A stretch of 64,000 bases of DNA from Lingula anatina. Its lineage: Eukaryota > Animalia > Brachiopoda. Of the stretch, positions 63,401 through 64,000 are shown in pieces (position 1 is the first letter of the stretch; each line of letters begins with the position of its first letter). The stretch covers positions 21,022,848 to 21,086,847 of the forward strand of contig CM120643.1 in assembly GCA_051362555.1 (NCBI GenBank). Reading direction: 5' to 3'. A program made the translations under genes and the position numbers. Below the pieces are notes generated by a model. That model was not told where the DNA came from and did not search any database. It saw only the letters and a list, made by a program, of their open reading frames with translations.

Positions 63401-63603
63401 ATGCTATAAATTACTTGTCTTTGTGTAAAAGAGAGAAAAAACTTTACAATAAATTGTTCGGCTTAGCAAATATTCCTAAATTAGGCAACAAAAAGAAATA
63501 TTGAAACTAAGTCAATAAAATCTAAAAAACATTTTAAAGACTTTCACATCCTGTTGTTTCATTTTTGATATTCTGCAGGGCTTTACTTATTTCCCAGTAA
63601 GTA

Positions 63604-63780
63604 CCCAGCAGGCATAGTGACATTGGATCAACGTTGAAAACAGGTTGGGGCGTTGAATCGCCGTTGATCTACCTAAATTCAACGTCAAATCAATGTTGAT
63701 CCAGCCACATTAAAACGCCGTCATAATGTGACGTTGATTCAACGTTGTATTTTGGTCATTGACTCAACGTTGTTGTTTGG
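63604..63780. mobile_element. Truncated DNA-transposon end with TCAACGTTGA subterminal repeats
   Basis: Begins CCCAGCAGGCA, followed by repeated TCAACGTTG/CGTTGA palindromic motifs. No matching right TIR was seen. Confidence 0.55.
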
Positions 63781-64000
63781 TCGTCGTGATGCAAGACATG
63801 GATCGTAATTTAAAATATTAATTATTGAAAACGTGACACTATAATGTTTATCAATACTGTAACGAACTTTATCAAAATATTAAAAACGGTGCTTTAAAGT
63901 AAAAGTGACAGTTGTTTTGTGTCTTTAGTGAACTAGTGAATTATCTTATCATGTTATTCAGAAATACATTCCAATATACTTCCTTGCAAGGTCAGCTAAC

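Overview
AT-rich eukaryotic (animal, invertebrate-like, probably lophotrochozoan; this is inference) genomic DNA with introns, microsatellites, poly-G/C tracts and many short transposon remnants. Most entries in the ORF track are non-coding noise. Four genes are supported: (1) the last two coding exons of an RGK-family small GTPase (+; 4388-4571 and 11847-12169); (2) a C/EBP-gamma bZIP gene (-; CDS 17612-17977, with a 5'UTR intron); (3) head-to-head with it, an intronless-looking C/EBP alpha/beta/delta-type gene (+; ends at 19956); (4) a complete five-exon omega-class glutathione S-transferase (-; 47896-53546, 237 aa). The most interesting signal is the C/EBP pair. It has a compact divergent promoter with CRE, C/EBP and CCAAT sites and tandem C/EBP-ATF elements. 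A vertebrate-like uORF ends 2 nt before the position where the full-length AUG should be, but that AUG is missing. An internal AUG would give a LIP-like isoform, and a 163-codon +1 ORF covers the 3'UTR. Perfect Nrf2/Maf AREs lie in two GSTO introns and paired CREs lie in the gene desert, which suggests a stress-response regulatory neighbourhood. All coordinates were read by eye and no searches were run.
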